Source of the DNA: a virus
Strand: one strand, 5' to 3'
Virus record (IMG/VR): IMGVR_UViG_3300028844_006574
Coordinates: 1-64,000 of that record
DNA length: 64,000 nucleotides
Shown here: piece after piece, positions 38,986-48,897 of the stretch
How the letters are laid out: each line of letters opens with the position of its first letter
Position numbering within the stretch: the stretch's first letter is position 1
Notes under the pieces: generated by a model
Database searches by the model: none
Seen by the model: the letters and a program-made list of their open reading frames with translations, nothing else
Told to the model about the DNA's origin: nothing
Program-made: the position numbers and the translations under genes

Positions 38986-39661
38986 CCCAGTATTAAAATT
39001 TAAAAAAACACATGATGCCGCGGTGCTCCCCAAGGCAAACAGCGATAAACCGTACTTCGGTGACACGGGATACGATTTGACCGCTGTCGAAAGCGCTTGG
39101 ATACCTCCTGGAACAAGTAGAGTTGTTGAGGTGGGGTTGACACTAGCAGATATCACACCAGGGTACTGGTTCAGGATTGAACCTAGAAGCGGTCTCGGTT
39201 TCAAAAACAGTATTCAACCACATCTAGGTGTGATTGATAATGGTTACCGTGGTGACCTGGGCGTGAAGTTGTACAATTTTCATGAAACTAAAGATTTACA
39301 GGTCAAAGCTGGTGATAAAATCGCTCAAATTGTTGTATATCCACTGATACAACCAGAATGTGAGTGGTCTGATCAAGTGACTGAAACAGATCGAGGTGAC
39401 AAAGGATTCGGATCATCTGATAAAAATCTAGGATTACCACCATTGCGTGAAAGAATTCGAGATACTTCAAAACTATCAACGGACATGCAAGATATAAAAG
39501 AAAAGGTGTTGAGAGTCAAATCAACCGATGATTGGTGGTCATATGCTGATACATACACTAAAGAAAAGTTGGACTCTGGTGAATATATACGTAATCCAAT
39601 GAAAATGGATGAAGGAGACCCGGATTTTATTAAAAACCCGGATTATGAGCAAGAGAAGTAA
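38978..39661 (+). CDS. dut: Trimeric dUTPase with C-terminal extension
   Basis: GYDL, PRSGL, GVIDNGYRG, KIAQ, RGDKGFGSS. Confidence 0.95.
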   Translation: MNNPVLKFKKTHDAAVLPKANSDKPYFGDTGYDLTAVESAWIPPGTSRVVEVGLTLADITPGYWFRIEPRSGLGFKNSIQPHLGVIDNGYRGDLGVKLYNFHETKDLQVKAGDKIAQIVVYPLIQPECEWSDQVTETDRGDKGFGSSDKNLGLPPLRERIRDTSKLSTDMQDIKEKVLRVKSTDDWWSYADTYTKEKLDSGEYIRNPMKMDEGDPDFIKNPDYEQEK

Positions 39662-39794
39662 AAAACCTACAATTAAAAAAATAAGAGGTGGGTGGATGTT
39701 TTACAACCATGATACGCTATTGATCAGTAATAGTAAATCGGATAAAGAGTATATGATATATAAAGTCAAAAAAATAAAAAATGAACAAATTTGA
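39645..39794 (+). CDS. Small basic hypothetical protein
   Basis: MSKRSKKP... 49 aa filling the gap between dut and gp44. Confidence 0.5.
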   Translation: MSKRSKKPTIKKIRGGWMFYNHDTLLISNSKSDKEYMIYKVKKIKNEQI

Positions 39795-40710
39795 TAGCCT
39801 GTGGGTAGAGAAGTATCGCCCCGGTACTCTTGATGAAATGATCTTGACCGAATCAACAAGATCAGCATTTGATAAGTTCAAACAACAACAAGAGATACCC
39901 AACATACTGTTCATAGGCAACGCCGGTATCGGAAAAACAAGCCTGGCTAAAGTGATTGTTAAAGATATTCTTGAAGAAACACAATATTTGTACATCAACG
40001 CTAGTGATGAAAATGGAATTGACACGATCAGATTAGCAGTAACCAACTTCGCTAAAACCAGATCATTAGGTAGTTCATTGAAAGTGGTGATTCTAGACGA
40101 GGTTGACGGACTGACAATTGATGCTCAACGTGCTTTGCGTAACACAATGGAAGAATACAGTGGTAACACACGGTTCATACTCACCGCTAACTACAAACAT
40201 CGGGTGATCCAACCATTACAGTCAAGGTCACAGTCATTTGACTTGACACCACCTATTAAAGGCTGTGTGAATCGTGTGGTACAGATACTCAAACAAGAGA
40301 ATATCAAAGTTTCCGACGATCAGAAACAACTCATCTCGCAGTTGATAAAGACTTTCTATCCAGATCTCAGAAAAACGATCAACGAACTACAAAAGTGCTG
40401 TATTAACGGTGAATTGAAGATCTCATCATACGAAAAACATGATGATTTCATCAAACAAATTTTTGAGACGTTGAAACAAGACAGTTTACAAGTGAGAAAG
40501 CTTGTGATCCAGCATGAACAACTGTTCAACAACGATTATGCTAGTTTACTCAAGCAGATGTTCGATTATATAGTGGACACCCTACCATCCAACCCGAAAA
40601 CTAAAAAATATTTGTTGGTTATATCGGAGCATCTGTATAGATCCGCGTTTGTGTTGGACCAAGAGATAAATTTTTACAGCTGCTGCATATCTCTAGAGTC
40701 GATAGAATAA
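39781..40710 (+). CDS. gp44: Clamp loader AAA+ subunit (T4 gp44)
   Basis: WVEKYRP, GNAGIGKT, INASD, ILDEVD, Q.ALR, LQSR, PDLRK. Confidence 0.95.
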   Translation: MNKFDSLWVEKYRPGTLDEMILTESTRSAFDKFKQQQEIPNILFIGNAGIGKTSLAKVIVKDILEETQYLYINASDENGIDTIRLAVTNFAKTRSLGSSLKVVILDEVDGLTIDAQRALRNTMEEYSGNTRFILTANYKHRVIQPLQSRSQSFDLTPPIKGCVNRVVQILKQENIKVSDDQKQLISQLIKTFYPDLRKTINELQKCCINGELKISSYEKHDDFIKQIFETLKQDSLQVRKLVIQHEQLFNNDYASLLKQMFDYIVDTLPSNPKTKKYLLVISEHLYRSAFVLDQEINFYSCCISLESIE

Positions 40711-40782
40711 ATACTTACATGAGAGTAGTTATAGTAAGTAGATAACGATTTTATTGGATTGTATCTACATAAAGATGGTGAC

Positions 40783-40905
40783 ATGCAACACATGCAACGA
40801 GAGTGGTACTGGATTATCGCGTTGTTTTTGTTTTTTTTAGAACGAGAAGCAGTGGTAGATATCATGGTGATGATACTCACCATTGTGTTGAAAGCTCTAG
40901 ATTAG
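40783..40905 (+). CDS. Putative 40-aa membrane peptide
   Basis: MQHMQREWYWIIALFLFFLEREAVVDIMVMILTIVLKALD fills an otherwise empty gap. Confidence 0.45.
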   Translation: MQHMQREWYWIIALFLFFLEREAVVDIMVMILTIVLKALD

Positions 40906-41156
40906 TCTTTCTTGAGCTGATCAGCAGTTTTTTTCAACCGTCTTCCGGTTTTATCATCTTTGTAGACTACTAGTCTACCGGGCATGTTTTCACCACCTTT
41001 ACCATCATCAACTTTAGGTAGTTTTTCAATATCTTCAACATCACCCTCTGAACCTACATGTTCACAGTCAGGGTTTACATTTTTAACATGATCCCCTTTG
41101 TGAAGATCTCTTGCCATCACTTCAGAAACGTATTGTCTGAATGTGATTAGTTTCAT
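40902..41156 (-). CDS. Small late protein, possible internal head protein
   Basis: MKLITFRQYVSE resembles T4 capsid-targeting sequence; SH3/KOW-like GD.V. Confidence 0.65.
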   Translation of the reverse strand: MKLITFRQYVSEVMARDLHKGDHVKNVNPDCEHVGSEGDVEDIEKLPKVDDGKGGENMPGRLVVYKDDKTGRRLKKTADQLKKD

Positions 41157-41756
41157 TTAACCTCTTGGCATGTAGTTTGTGGTGTAGTTACCACCACTCG
41201 CACCTGCTGTATTTTTTACCGGTAACGAGTGATCAGTATCCTTCAATTTACCTCTACCATCATCTGCCTTGAGTGTTTGATTCTCCGGACTGTCAGCAAC
41301 TTCATCATCATTCAACGGCTTGACCGGTTCTGGCTTGATAGTGACGCGTTCAGGACCTCTCCAACTATCGGGTATAGGAGCAGTTGCTCGATCACCGGTT
41401 GTTGCTAATACTTCGCACAAATTAGCCGGTAATTCAATTTTAGAATTAGGGCATTGGAACCCCGGAGCTAATTCTCTTGCGATAACAGCGCTAATGTTGT
41501 CATGGTCTCCGGTGACACCGTCAACAAACAAATTCAAATCACCATCATGTAACTCTTTAACAATTTGTTGTATCTCTGGAGGTTGACCCTTGAACCATTC
41601 ACTTGATATAATCTTTTCTACAAACTTGACCCTATCACCTGGCTGCAAACCCCCGGTACGCTCTCTATTATGAGGTATTCTAAACTGTGTAGATTCATCA
41701 ACTACCTCAAATCTCTTCATTTCTCTTTCAAACGATTCATTAAATTTGTTACTCAT
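41157..41756 (-). CDS. Hypothetical late protein
   Basis: 199 aa; minus-strand TAAATA at 41765-41770. Confidence 0.7.
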   Translation of the reverse strand: MSNKFNESFEREMKRFEVVDESTQFRIPHNRERTGGLQPGDRVKFVEKIISSEWFKGQPPEIQQIVKELHDGDLNLFVDGVTGDHDNISAVIARELAPGFQCPNSKIELPANLCEVLATTGDRATAPIPDSWRGPERVTIKPEPVKPLNDDEVADSPENQTLKADDGRGKLKDTDHSLPVKNTAGASGGNYTTNYMPRG

Positions 41757-41835
41757 GGTAGAATTATTTATTCCAACACGCTAGATTTAAACCTATCAAC
41801 TTGTTGTTAATCAAGTTTCTTAAATAAATAATCAT

Positions 41836-42336
41836 ATGGCCATAAAAATACGTTCACTGGAACCAAAAAAAGGAACCGGTACTCTAACACAAGGAGACAG
41901 TACATACAGAGACTTGGCTCTGGATTTTTCTATGGAATCCATTGGATCGTCCAAAAAACTCTTTGCGAGCAATGTACAGAAAGATTTAAACACTAATACC
42001 GATTTTACCGCTATTGACAATAGTATATCTAATATATTCAACACTGCACCTGGTCAAAAAATATTGAATCCTGCATTCGGGGCCGATTTGAAACGGTACT
42101 TGTTCCAACCGGTTTCAGAACCAACAGCTAAAATATTAGGTGAGGTGATACTCAACGCATTACAATTGTACGAACCAAGGGTCAAAGTTAAAAACATAGA
42201 TATAAAAGCCTTCCCGGACGATAACATGTACAAGATTGACATTTATTGTGATATAAAATCTCTGGCTGATAAACAATACAAATTCACCGGTTCACTATCA
42301 CAACGGGGTATGGTGAGCACTTCGGTATCCTACTAA
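41836..42336 (+). CDS. gp25: Baseplate wedge subunit (T4 gp25)
   Basis: AI.NSI.NIFNT.PGQKILNP.FG.DL..YLFQP, YEPRV. Confidence 0.93.
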   Translation: MAIKIRSLEPKKGTGTLTQGDSTYRDLALDFSMESIGSSKKLFASNVQKDLNTNTDFTAIDNSISNIFNTAPGQKILNPAFGADLKRYLFQPVSEPTAKILGEVILNALQLYEPRVKVKNIDIKAFPDDNMYKIDIYCDIKSLADKQYKFTGSLSQRGMVSTSVSY

Positions 42337-42338
42337 TA

Positions 42339-44276
42339 ATGAGCACATACAGAACAAACAACGACCAATTAGAATTTTCGTTACCCAAGAGTGGGTATGC
42401 AGCATTTGACGCTGCTAGTCTCAAAAACTTAATTATAGAACGTCTCAACAGCAACGAGGTGTTCACTGATCAAAACTATGAAGGTAGTAACATAAATGCT
42501 TTTATTGATATAATAAGCTATGCCTACCATGTACTGTTGTTTTATCTTAACGATACTAGTAATGAGGCCATGTTTTCAGAATCACAAATATATGAAAATA
42601 TAAACCGTATTGTAAAAAGTATAGATTACAAACCTGTTGGTACCCAGTCACCAGTTTTAACAATAAATGTTGTAGCATCTGATCAGTTAATAGCTGGTAC
42701 CTACACGATACCTAGGTATACATATATTGACGTCGGCGGCTTCAGGTACAGTTTTAATAGGGATATAACATTTGTTAAAACAACTAATGACGAACAGGAT
42801 CTAATACAAATCTCCGGAAACACGTTATTATATCAAGGAAGTTACAAGGAGTATCCAACCTATACTGCCACTGGAGAACCTAACGAGACTATCACATTAG
42901 TACCCGGAGAAGGTGTAAATGTCGACCATTTCAATATCGATGTATATGTACAAGAAGGTGGTAACAACGGACAGTATCATAAATATGACACTACAACATC
43001 ATTGTTGTTCGAGAGACCCACCTCTAGGAAAGTAGAAATCCGATTGAATGAAAACAAACGCTATGAAATAAAGTTCGGTAACGGTGTAAACGGTAGACAA
43101 ATACAATCTGGAGATCAAATATATATCTATTACTTATCAACAGACGGTATCGCTGGAGAAATCAGCGAAAATGACGCATACCGGAAATCGATGAGTATGT
43201 ATCAGTCTGTGCAGTTTGAAACACTGAAACAAAGTAATAACATAAAAGGAGATGGTGTTGTATACCTAGTCCAGTCTGAAGCTGACCAGGTGCTAGTCTC
43301 TAACCCGGAACCAAGTTCCAAATATTATGAAGGAGAAACAGTTGAAGATATACGTAAAAATTCTCCACAAACATTTTCATCACAATACAGACTGGTGAGC
43401 TTGACTGATTTTGAAAACTATATAAGAACAAATTTTAGTAACTTCATATCTGATGTCAAAGCTGTAAACAACGATACATATTTAGACACACATATAAAAT
43501 ACTATTATGACTTAGGTTTAAAATCACCTAGTTTAGAGAGTCGCGTGTTGTACAATCAAGTGCAGTTTAGCTCAAGCTGCAATTTCAACAATGTGTACAT
43601 GTATTGTGTACCAAGACTGGAAAAAACTACTACTGTAACAAAGAGAAACAATTATTTAACATCCGCGCAAAAAGAAATCATGATTGATAGGATTTCACAA
43701 ATAAAAACTGTTACATCCGAACCAATAATTATGGACCCTGTATATGTAGGTGTAACAGTAGGTCTCAAAGGACAGGACGAAGTAATTAATATAGAGAGTC
43801 TAAACAATACACAGATCCTAATAGTACAAGATGATAATAGTAGAGCAAACAGTAATGATATAATACAAAAAGTTATAGCTATATTTAAAAATTATTTCAC
43901 CGGGTCAGCCGCTAAAATAGGTATGGTCATAGATTTAACAACAATCAGTAACAGTATATTAACAATACAAGGGGTTTCAACGTTTTACACATACCGACCA
44001 GATTTGAGCAACACATATATAGAAGGTATGTCACTAGTAATACGTAACCCTGTATATGAAGCAGATATAAAACAGACTACACAAAATTTTGCATTACCAT
44101 TATTCAAGTTTCCATTTTTTGAGAATATAGATAGTCTCGGTAACAGTATTAGAGTAGCTAGAACAAGTGAGGTAACTAATATATTAGCCTCCGGTGGTGG
44201 CGTAACGACTATTGTAGAACAGTCTAGTATTTCTACTTCCGGATCTGATACAACCACCGGCAATTCTAGTTATTAA
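42339..44276 (+). CDS. gp6: Baseplate wedge subunit (T4 gp6)
   Basis: FTDQNYEGSN, YEIKFGNGV.G, YL.TDG..G, ET.EDIR..SP..F..Q.RLV...D. Confidence 0.93.
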   Translation: MSTYRTNNDQLEFSLPKSGYAAFDAASLKNLIIERLNSNEVFTDQNYEGSNINAFIDIISYAYHVLLFYLNDTSNEAMFSESQIYENINRIVKSIDYKPVGTQSPVLTINVVASDQLIAGTYTIPRYTYIDVGGFRYSFNRDITFVKTTNDEQDLIQISGNTLLYQGSYKEYPTYTATGEPNETITLVPGEGVNVDHFNIDVYVQEGGNNGQYHKYDTTTSLLFERPTSRKVEIRLNENKRYEIKFGNGVNGRQIQSGDQIYIYYLSTDGIAGEISENDAYRKSMSMYQSVQFETLKQSNNIKGDGVVYLVQSEADQVLVSNPEPSSKYYEGETVEDIRKNSPQTFSSQYRLVSLTDFENYIRTNFSNFISDVKAVNNDTYLDTHIKYYYDLGLKSPSLESRVLYNQVQFSSSCNFNNVYMYCVPRLEKTTTVTKRNNYLTSAQKEIMIDRISQIKTVTSEPIIMDPVYVGVTVGLKGQDEVINIESLNNTQILIVQDDNSRANSNDIIQKVIAIFKNYFTGSAAKIGMVIDLTTISNSILTIQGVSTFYTYRPDLSNTYIEGMSLVIRNPVYEADIKQTTQNFALPLFKFPFFENIDSLGNSIRVARTSEVTNILASGGGVTTIVEQSSISTSGSDTTTGNSSY

Positions 44277-44278
44277 TA

Positions 44279-47200
44279 ATGAGTTCAACTACAGACTTAC
44301 AATTTACTGTTTTAGCAGCAGAACAGATATATACAAACGAGTTAACCCCTGTTACTGCAGTCCCATGGCCTGATAGGTATACAAACACAACACTACCGTA
44401 CGCTACAGTAAATTTTTCAGAAGAAAATATGATATGGGATTTTGGAGACGGTACTACTTATACAGGTGTATCTGCAGTGCATATATACAATTGGCCAGGT
44501 GAATATACAATTAAATTGACTATAATTGATGAGTTCGGAGAAACAGTTATATCCACATACGAAGAAACAATAATAGTAAAAGATTTTATATTAACACAGT
44601 TAGGTTTTCGAGAACTATTAGATGTTATCGACATCCCTTCCGGTAGATTGGTTAGCCCTATAACCGTGGATTTTGCTCTTAGTTGGCAAAATTACGCGCA
44701 GAAACCAAGAACCGCACCGCAATGTACTGACGGTAAACAACATCTTATGAACAAAGGTACCGAACCTGGTTACTGGATGTGTGGAGAATCTCATCCCGGT
44801 CATGAGACAGCTCAACAACCAGAGGTCACCGAGTTCCCAATTTACACTTTTAATCTATTTGCTAGTGGAGCGGAAGCACAGCCATTAGATGTCATAAAAT
44901 ACAACAACAATAAATATAGCCATTTAGAACTAGATTGGTCATTTCATAGCGCAACACCGTCATTATCGGCCCAACCTGTTACAGAAATATTAGCCACTAG
45001 AACCGATTTCGTAACTGGTTCAAGTGGAGATGTAAACACATATGATTTGCTATATTATAAACCAGTAGATAGTAACAAGTATATACAAACCAGTGCATCA
45101 GACCCACAGGGTGTTTTTGTAGGATTATCAGGTAACGTATCGTTTTTCTATAGAGATGACGTAACAAAGTGTGTCAATTCTCGTAATGAACCGGTGTTAA
45201 TAACAGTTGAGCTTGATCAAAAAAAAATATATGATCAATTGAGTGTTGACAAGAGAAATTTGTCAATGTACAAATATACCAACACTAAACCGCTCATAAT
45301 AAACAATATAAAACCACGTGTTAATGAAGCAATACAGCTAGGAGTAACCTCTATTGGGTTGTCAGAGTTTGAAATAAGTAAAAACAAGTGGGACAGTTCA
45401 ATTATAAATTTTACCATTACTATACAAGATGCGTTTAATTTTAATATACTCGATTCTAAAACACTAAGTGGTGATAGCCCGTTATCTGGTTCAGATGTAC
45501 AGTTAGAATTGTTGGATAGTACTACAATGAAACCTATCACTAGCAGGAATTACGTATTTGAACAAATCACATCAGAACTAGGCCATCTACGAGGTCAACT
45601 CAAATTCAAAGGTAATATAAACGATGTGTTGATTAAAGCAACAACAACATATGACCAAACGAGTGGGTACAAAACTGATGCGATCGCTCCATGGCTGAAC
45701 TCATACCGACCCGAATTCGTAGGAACCGGTACAATATCAAACCCAGAGATATCAGAACAAGGAGGTTTATACAGGTATTACTATACAGATGTTATACAGT
45801 ATAATGGTGATCAATTGACTAACAACTTTACAAATATATTGACCGGGGCTTATTTAGACGTAGATACAAATGGTGTTATATCCGATGTCATTATAGTAAA
45901 CCCCGGTGAAAATTTAACGCAACCGCCGCGTATAACTGTTGAAGATGTCACCGGTAATGGAGCAGAACTAGTACCACGTTTTAATATTGATGGTGGTATT
46001 GTGTCTGATGTTATTGTTATACAAGGTGGTCGAGGATACTCATTGACACCTACATTATTCTTCACATTAGGGGACGCAAACGCTACAGTACCCAACGCTA
46101 CGGCAGTAGTAGATTATAATCATAGAGTGGAACTCATCGCGGTTCAGCCGGCGGAACCAGGTGTAATACAACCAAAAACATGGGGGTTAGAATATGGAGA
46201 ACCTGGTAATGATGAAAAACCTCCCAGGATAGTAGAAGCAACAACAAGACAGGGACTCACTAGAAGCCGTGCGTTATCAGCAATGACCACATTCCCCGGT
46301 ACTCCACGTGATATAAAACTAGACAACAACGGGAGTATATATATTGCTACAGAAAACAAAATAGTACAAATAGACCCTAACGACTTAGAGCTGACAAATA
46401 TATATGATGACAACGGTGGTGGGGTTGGTAATTTTAACTATGTACCAAACCCATCTAAAAATTTAATATTAGAGGTAGACTTAGTGAATGTATATATAGC
46501 CAATGAAACATTAATAACTAAAATAAACAAAGTTAATAATAGCGAAGTAGGAAATACTCAAAATCAAATAACATATGATATTCAACATATATTGTTACAT
46601 TTTAATGATAAACTATACTGTTTGACTAATGAACCTGGTCTTGTCGTAGTTGATAAAACAACCATGATCGTACAAGATAGTATAACGCTACCGTCTGGTA
46701 GTTACAGTGACCTAACAACAACAGTAGATGGTAAAATATACACAGTCAAGGATGCTAGATATCTATTATGTGTAGATGTTACAGACTTGTATGTAAGAGA
46801 GGTATACGATTTCGGTCCTACCGCCTCTATACAAACTATATGTGGGGATTCCAGAGGAACAATATGGTTACCTGACAACACCTCACGTAAACTATGGGCG
46901 ATAGATGTTGTTAATGTACAAACATACAATGTGAATAGCATCCCCGGTGTGTATGAATATGGTAGCTTGAACCATAGTGTTTACCCTACACCAGGAGACG
47001 GTATAACCACTGGTCACGTTCTAAGAGCCAAAGGTGACTGGACCGGATTTCATTGGTTACAAAAATTTGGTATCATAAGACCTGGAGATAGAACTTTAAT
47101 AGGTTACAGTTCAGTCTTCAATATAAACAATAAATCTGGTACATATAACATAAGCAAAATAAATGAAGATCATGATCAATCCGCTACAATAAAAAGTTAC

Positions 47201-48091
47201 GCAACTCAACCATGGATGTCTGACCAGCACAATTTGTGGGATGAAGCGGTCAAAAGCGTAGTTGGTGATGGTGATTCTGAACCAACCGGACTGGGCAAGC
47301 AAGTTTACGAGAGAATCGCTAATTTTACAAATAATAACACGGACATAGACGAATGTACAATAGACAATATACATAACCATGCATTACTATATGATGTAGA
47401 TATACAGTATTATAATTTAAACTACCCACCCACTCTCAAAAGATTGTTAGATTTATGTAGTATAAAACATAGCCGGTTATTCGGTACTGTAGATTACGCT
47501 ACTGAAAACTACGATATGTATACAGATTACACCATCCCGGATACTCGTGAAAATCTAGGTCGGGAAATGGACATACATACAGCAACCATAACACCGGGGC
47601 AGAAAATCGTTGCATATGAAAGGTTCTCTAAAATCTATACACCAATAACAGTTACAAAACCCACCTCTGGTAACCTAGATCAGTACAACAATTTAGTAGA
47701 TGTTAATATTGACAACAACCTGTATAAAGAAGGTGAACCATTTCCACTATCTGCATATAATGTGTTCTGGCAATGGGACCTTGTAGCCCCGGTGACGGTC
47801 AAAGGAGTTAATATAACAGATTATTATGCATTCTATACATTTAACGAGTCAACTGAATTAAATTTCGTTGAAGGTGTTATTGATTGGGACAACCCGAAAA
47901 CATTTTTAACACCTACTTTAAGTTCATTTGATACATGGCAACAAGACAAAGGTATTTTAGATAATATTTTAGAACATCAGCTCAGAGTCGGTCTAGACCT
48001 GTTCAGTGAGACAGTAACTGGGGATATAGATGATGATGGATTAAACAATTATTATGAAACAACCACCGGTTCCACCGTTTCAGCAAATTAA
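44279..48091 (+). CDS. Large baseplate-associated structural protein (PKD domain, gp7-type repeats, beta-propeller-like region)
   Basis: WDFGDG...H.Y..PG.YTI.L PKD motif; GVISDVIIVNPG / GIVSDVIVIQGGRGY repeats; coupled to gp6. Confidence 0.75.
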   Translation: MSSTTDLQFTVLAAEQIYTNELTPVTAVPWPDRYTNTTLPYATVNFSEENMIWDFGDGTTYTGVSAVHIYNWPGEYTIKLTIIDEFGETVISTYEETIIVKDFILTQLGFRELLDVIDIPSGRLVSPITVDFALSWQNYAQKPRTAPQCTDGKQHLMNKGTEPGYWMCGESHPGHETAQQPEVTEFPIYTFNLFASGAEAQPLDVIKYNNNKYSHLELDWSFHSATPSLSAQPVTEILATRTDFVTGSSGDVNTYDLLYYKPVDSNKYIQTSASDPQGVFVGLSGNVSFFYRDDVTKCVNSRNEPVLITVELDQKKIYDQLSVDKRNLSMYKYTNTKPLIINNIKPRVNEAIQLGVTSIGLSEFEISKNKWDSSIINFTITIQDAFNFNILDSKTLSGDSPLSGSDVQLELLDSTTMKPITSRNYVFEQITSELGHLRGQLKFKGNINDVLIKATTTYDQTSGYKTDAIAPWLNSYRPEFVGTGTISNPEISEQGGLYRYYYTDVIQYNGDQLTNNFTNILTGAYLDVDTNGVISDVIIVNPGENLTQPPRITVEDVTGNGAELVPRFNIDGGIVSDVIVIQGGRGYSLTPTLFFTLGDANATVPNATAVVDYNHRVELIAVQPAEPGVIQPKTWGLEYGEPGNDEKPPRIVEATTRQGLTRSRALSAMTTFPGTPRDIKLDNNGSIYIATENKIVQIDPNDLELTNIYDDNGGGVGNFNYVPNPSKNLILEVDLVNVYIANETLITKINKVNNSEVGNTQNQITYDIQHILLHFNDKLYCLTNEPGLVVVDKTTMIVQDSITLPSGSYSDLTTTVDGKIYTVKDARYLLCVDVTDLYVREVYDFGPTASIQTICGDSRGTIWLPDNTSRKLWAIDVVNVQTYNVNSIPGVYEYGSLNHSVYPTPGDGITTGHVLRAKGDWTGFHWLQKFGIIRPGDRTLIGYSSVFNINNKSGTYNISKINEDHDQSATIKSYATQPWMSDQHNLWDEAVKSVVGDGDSEPTGLGKQVYERIANFTNNNTDIDECTIDNIHNHALLYDVDIQYYNLNYPPTLKRLLDLCSIKHSRLFGTVDYATENYDMYTDYTIPDTRENLGREMDIHTATITPGQKIVAYERFSKIYTPITVTKPTSGNLDQYNNLVDVNIDNNLYKEGEPFPLSAYNVFWQWDLVAPVTVKGVNITDYYAFYTFNESTELNFVEGVIDWDNPKTFLTPTLSSFDTWQQDKGILDNILEHQLRVGLDLFSETVTGDIDDDGLNNYYETTTGSTVSAN

Positions 48092-48126
48092 TAATTGAAC
48101 CTCAATTATTAACCTATAAATATAAA

Positions 48127-48885
48127 ATGCACAGTGTTACTGTAGTAGTACCTATATTTAAACCGTGTAGTTTCCGGTCGCGTAATATAACCTTTTTGTT
48201 AAATGAGCTAAATAAACTACAAGTAAAAGTAATTGTTGTAGAACAAACACTAAACGATATTGCAAATAACAGGTTTGAAAAACTACCTAATGTAAACCAA
48301 GTCAATTTTGAAAAAAATACAAAACATTTTCACAAAACATATATATGTAATAAAATTATTGAACATATTGAAACAGAATATGTATGGTTTATCGACAGCG
48401 ATTTTTACATGGATTTCAATACGATTCTTATAAATCGAGAATTTTCAAAGTTTGATTTCTTCAAACCGTTTGATACATGTAAAGACTTAAACGAATTTCA
48501 GACTCAACAGCTGGTTACAACTAAACATATAAATGAAAACATGCTCAGAACAAATATGTCATCAGACCGGTTTATTAAATATTTTGGCGCGTTGAGTTAC
48601 ATATGTAAAGTGGATAGTTTTAAAACCTCCGGGCAGTTGGATGAAAAATATATAGGCTGGGGTTATGAAGATTTGGATTTATTTTTAAATATATACAAGC
48701 AAAACTATAGTATAGGTGTAGCTCACGGTGTAAATGCTGTACACATGTGGCACCCTCCTGTGACAAATAAAGCTAAACATATGTTGATAAATAAAAAATA
48801 TTTTGAAAATAAAGGTTACACTATTGACAGAGTTAAACAAGCTCACCGGGAATTGTTTGAAAGTAAAACCGTAATTGACTATTAA
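48127..48885 (+). CDS. GT-A glycosyltransferase with GT7 (galactosyltransferase-like) C-terminal motif
   Basis: VVEQ, FIDSD (DxD), LDEKYIGWGYED, HMWH; TATAAATA immediately upstream. Confidence 0.85.
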   Translation: MHSVTVVVPIFKPCSFRSRNITFLLNELNKLQVKVIVVEQTLNDIANNRFEKLPNVNQVNFEKNTKHFHKTYICNKIIEHIETEYVWFIDSDFYMDFNTILINREFSKFDFFKPFDTCKDLNEFQTQQLVTTKHINENMLRTNMSSDRFIKYFGALSYICKVDSFKTSGQLDEKYIGWGYEDLDLFLNIYKQNYSIGVAHGVNAVHMWHPPVTNKAKHMLINKKYFENKGYTIDRVKQAHRELFESKTVIDY

Positions 48886-48897
48886 ATACTAATATAC

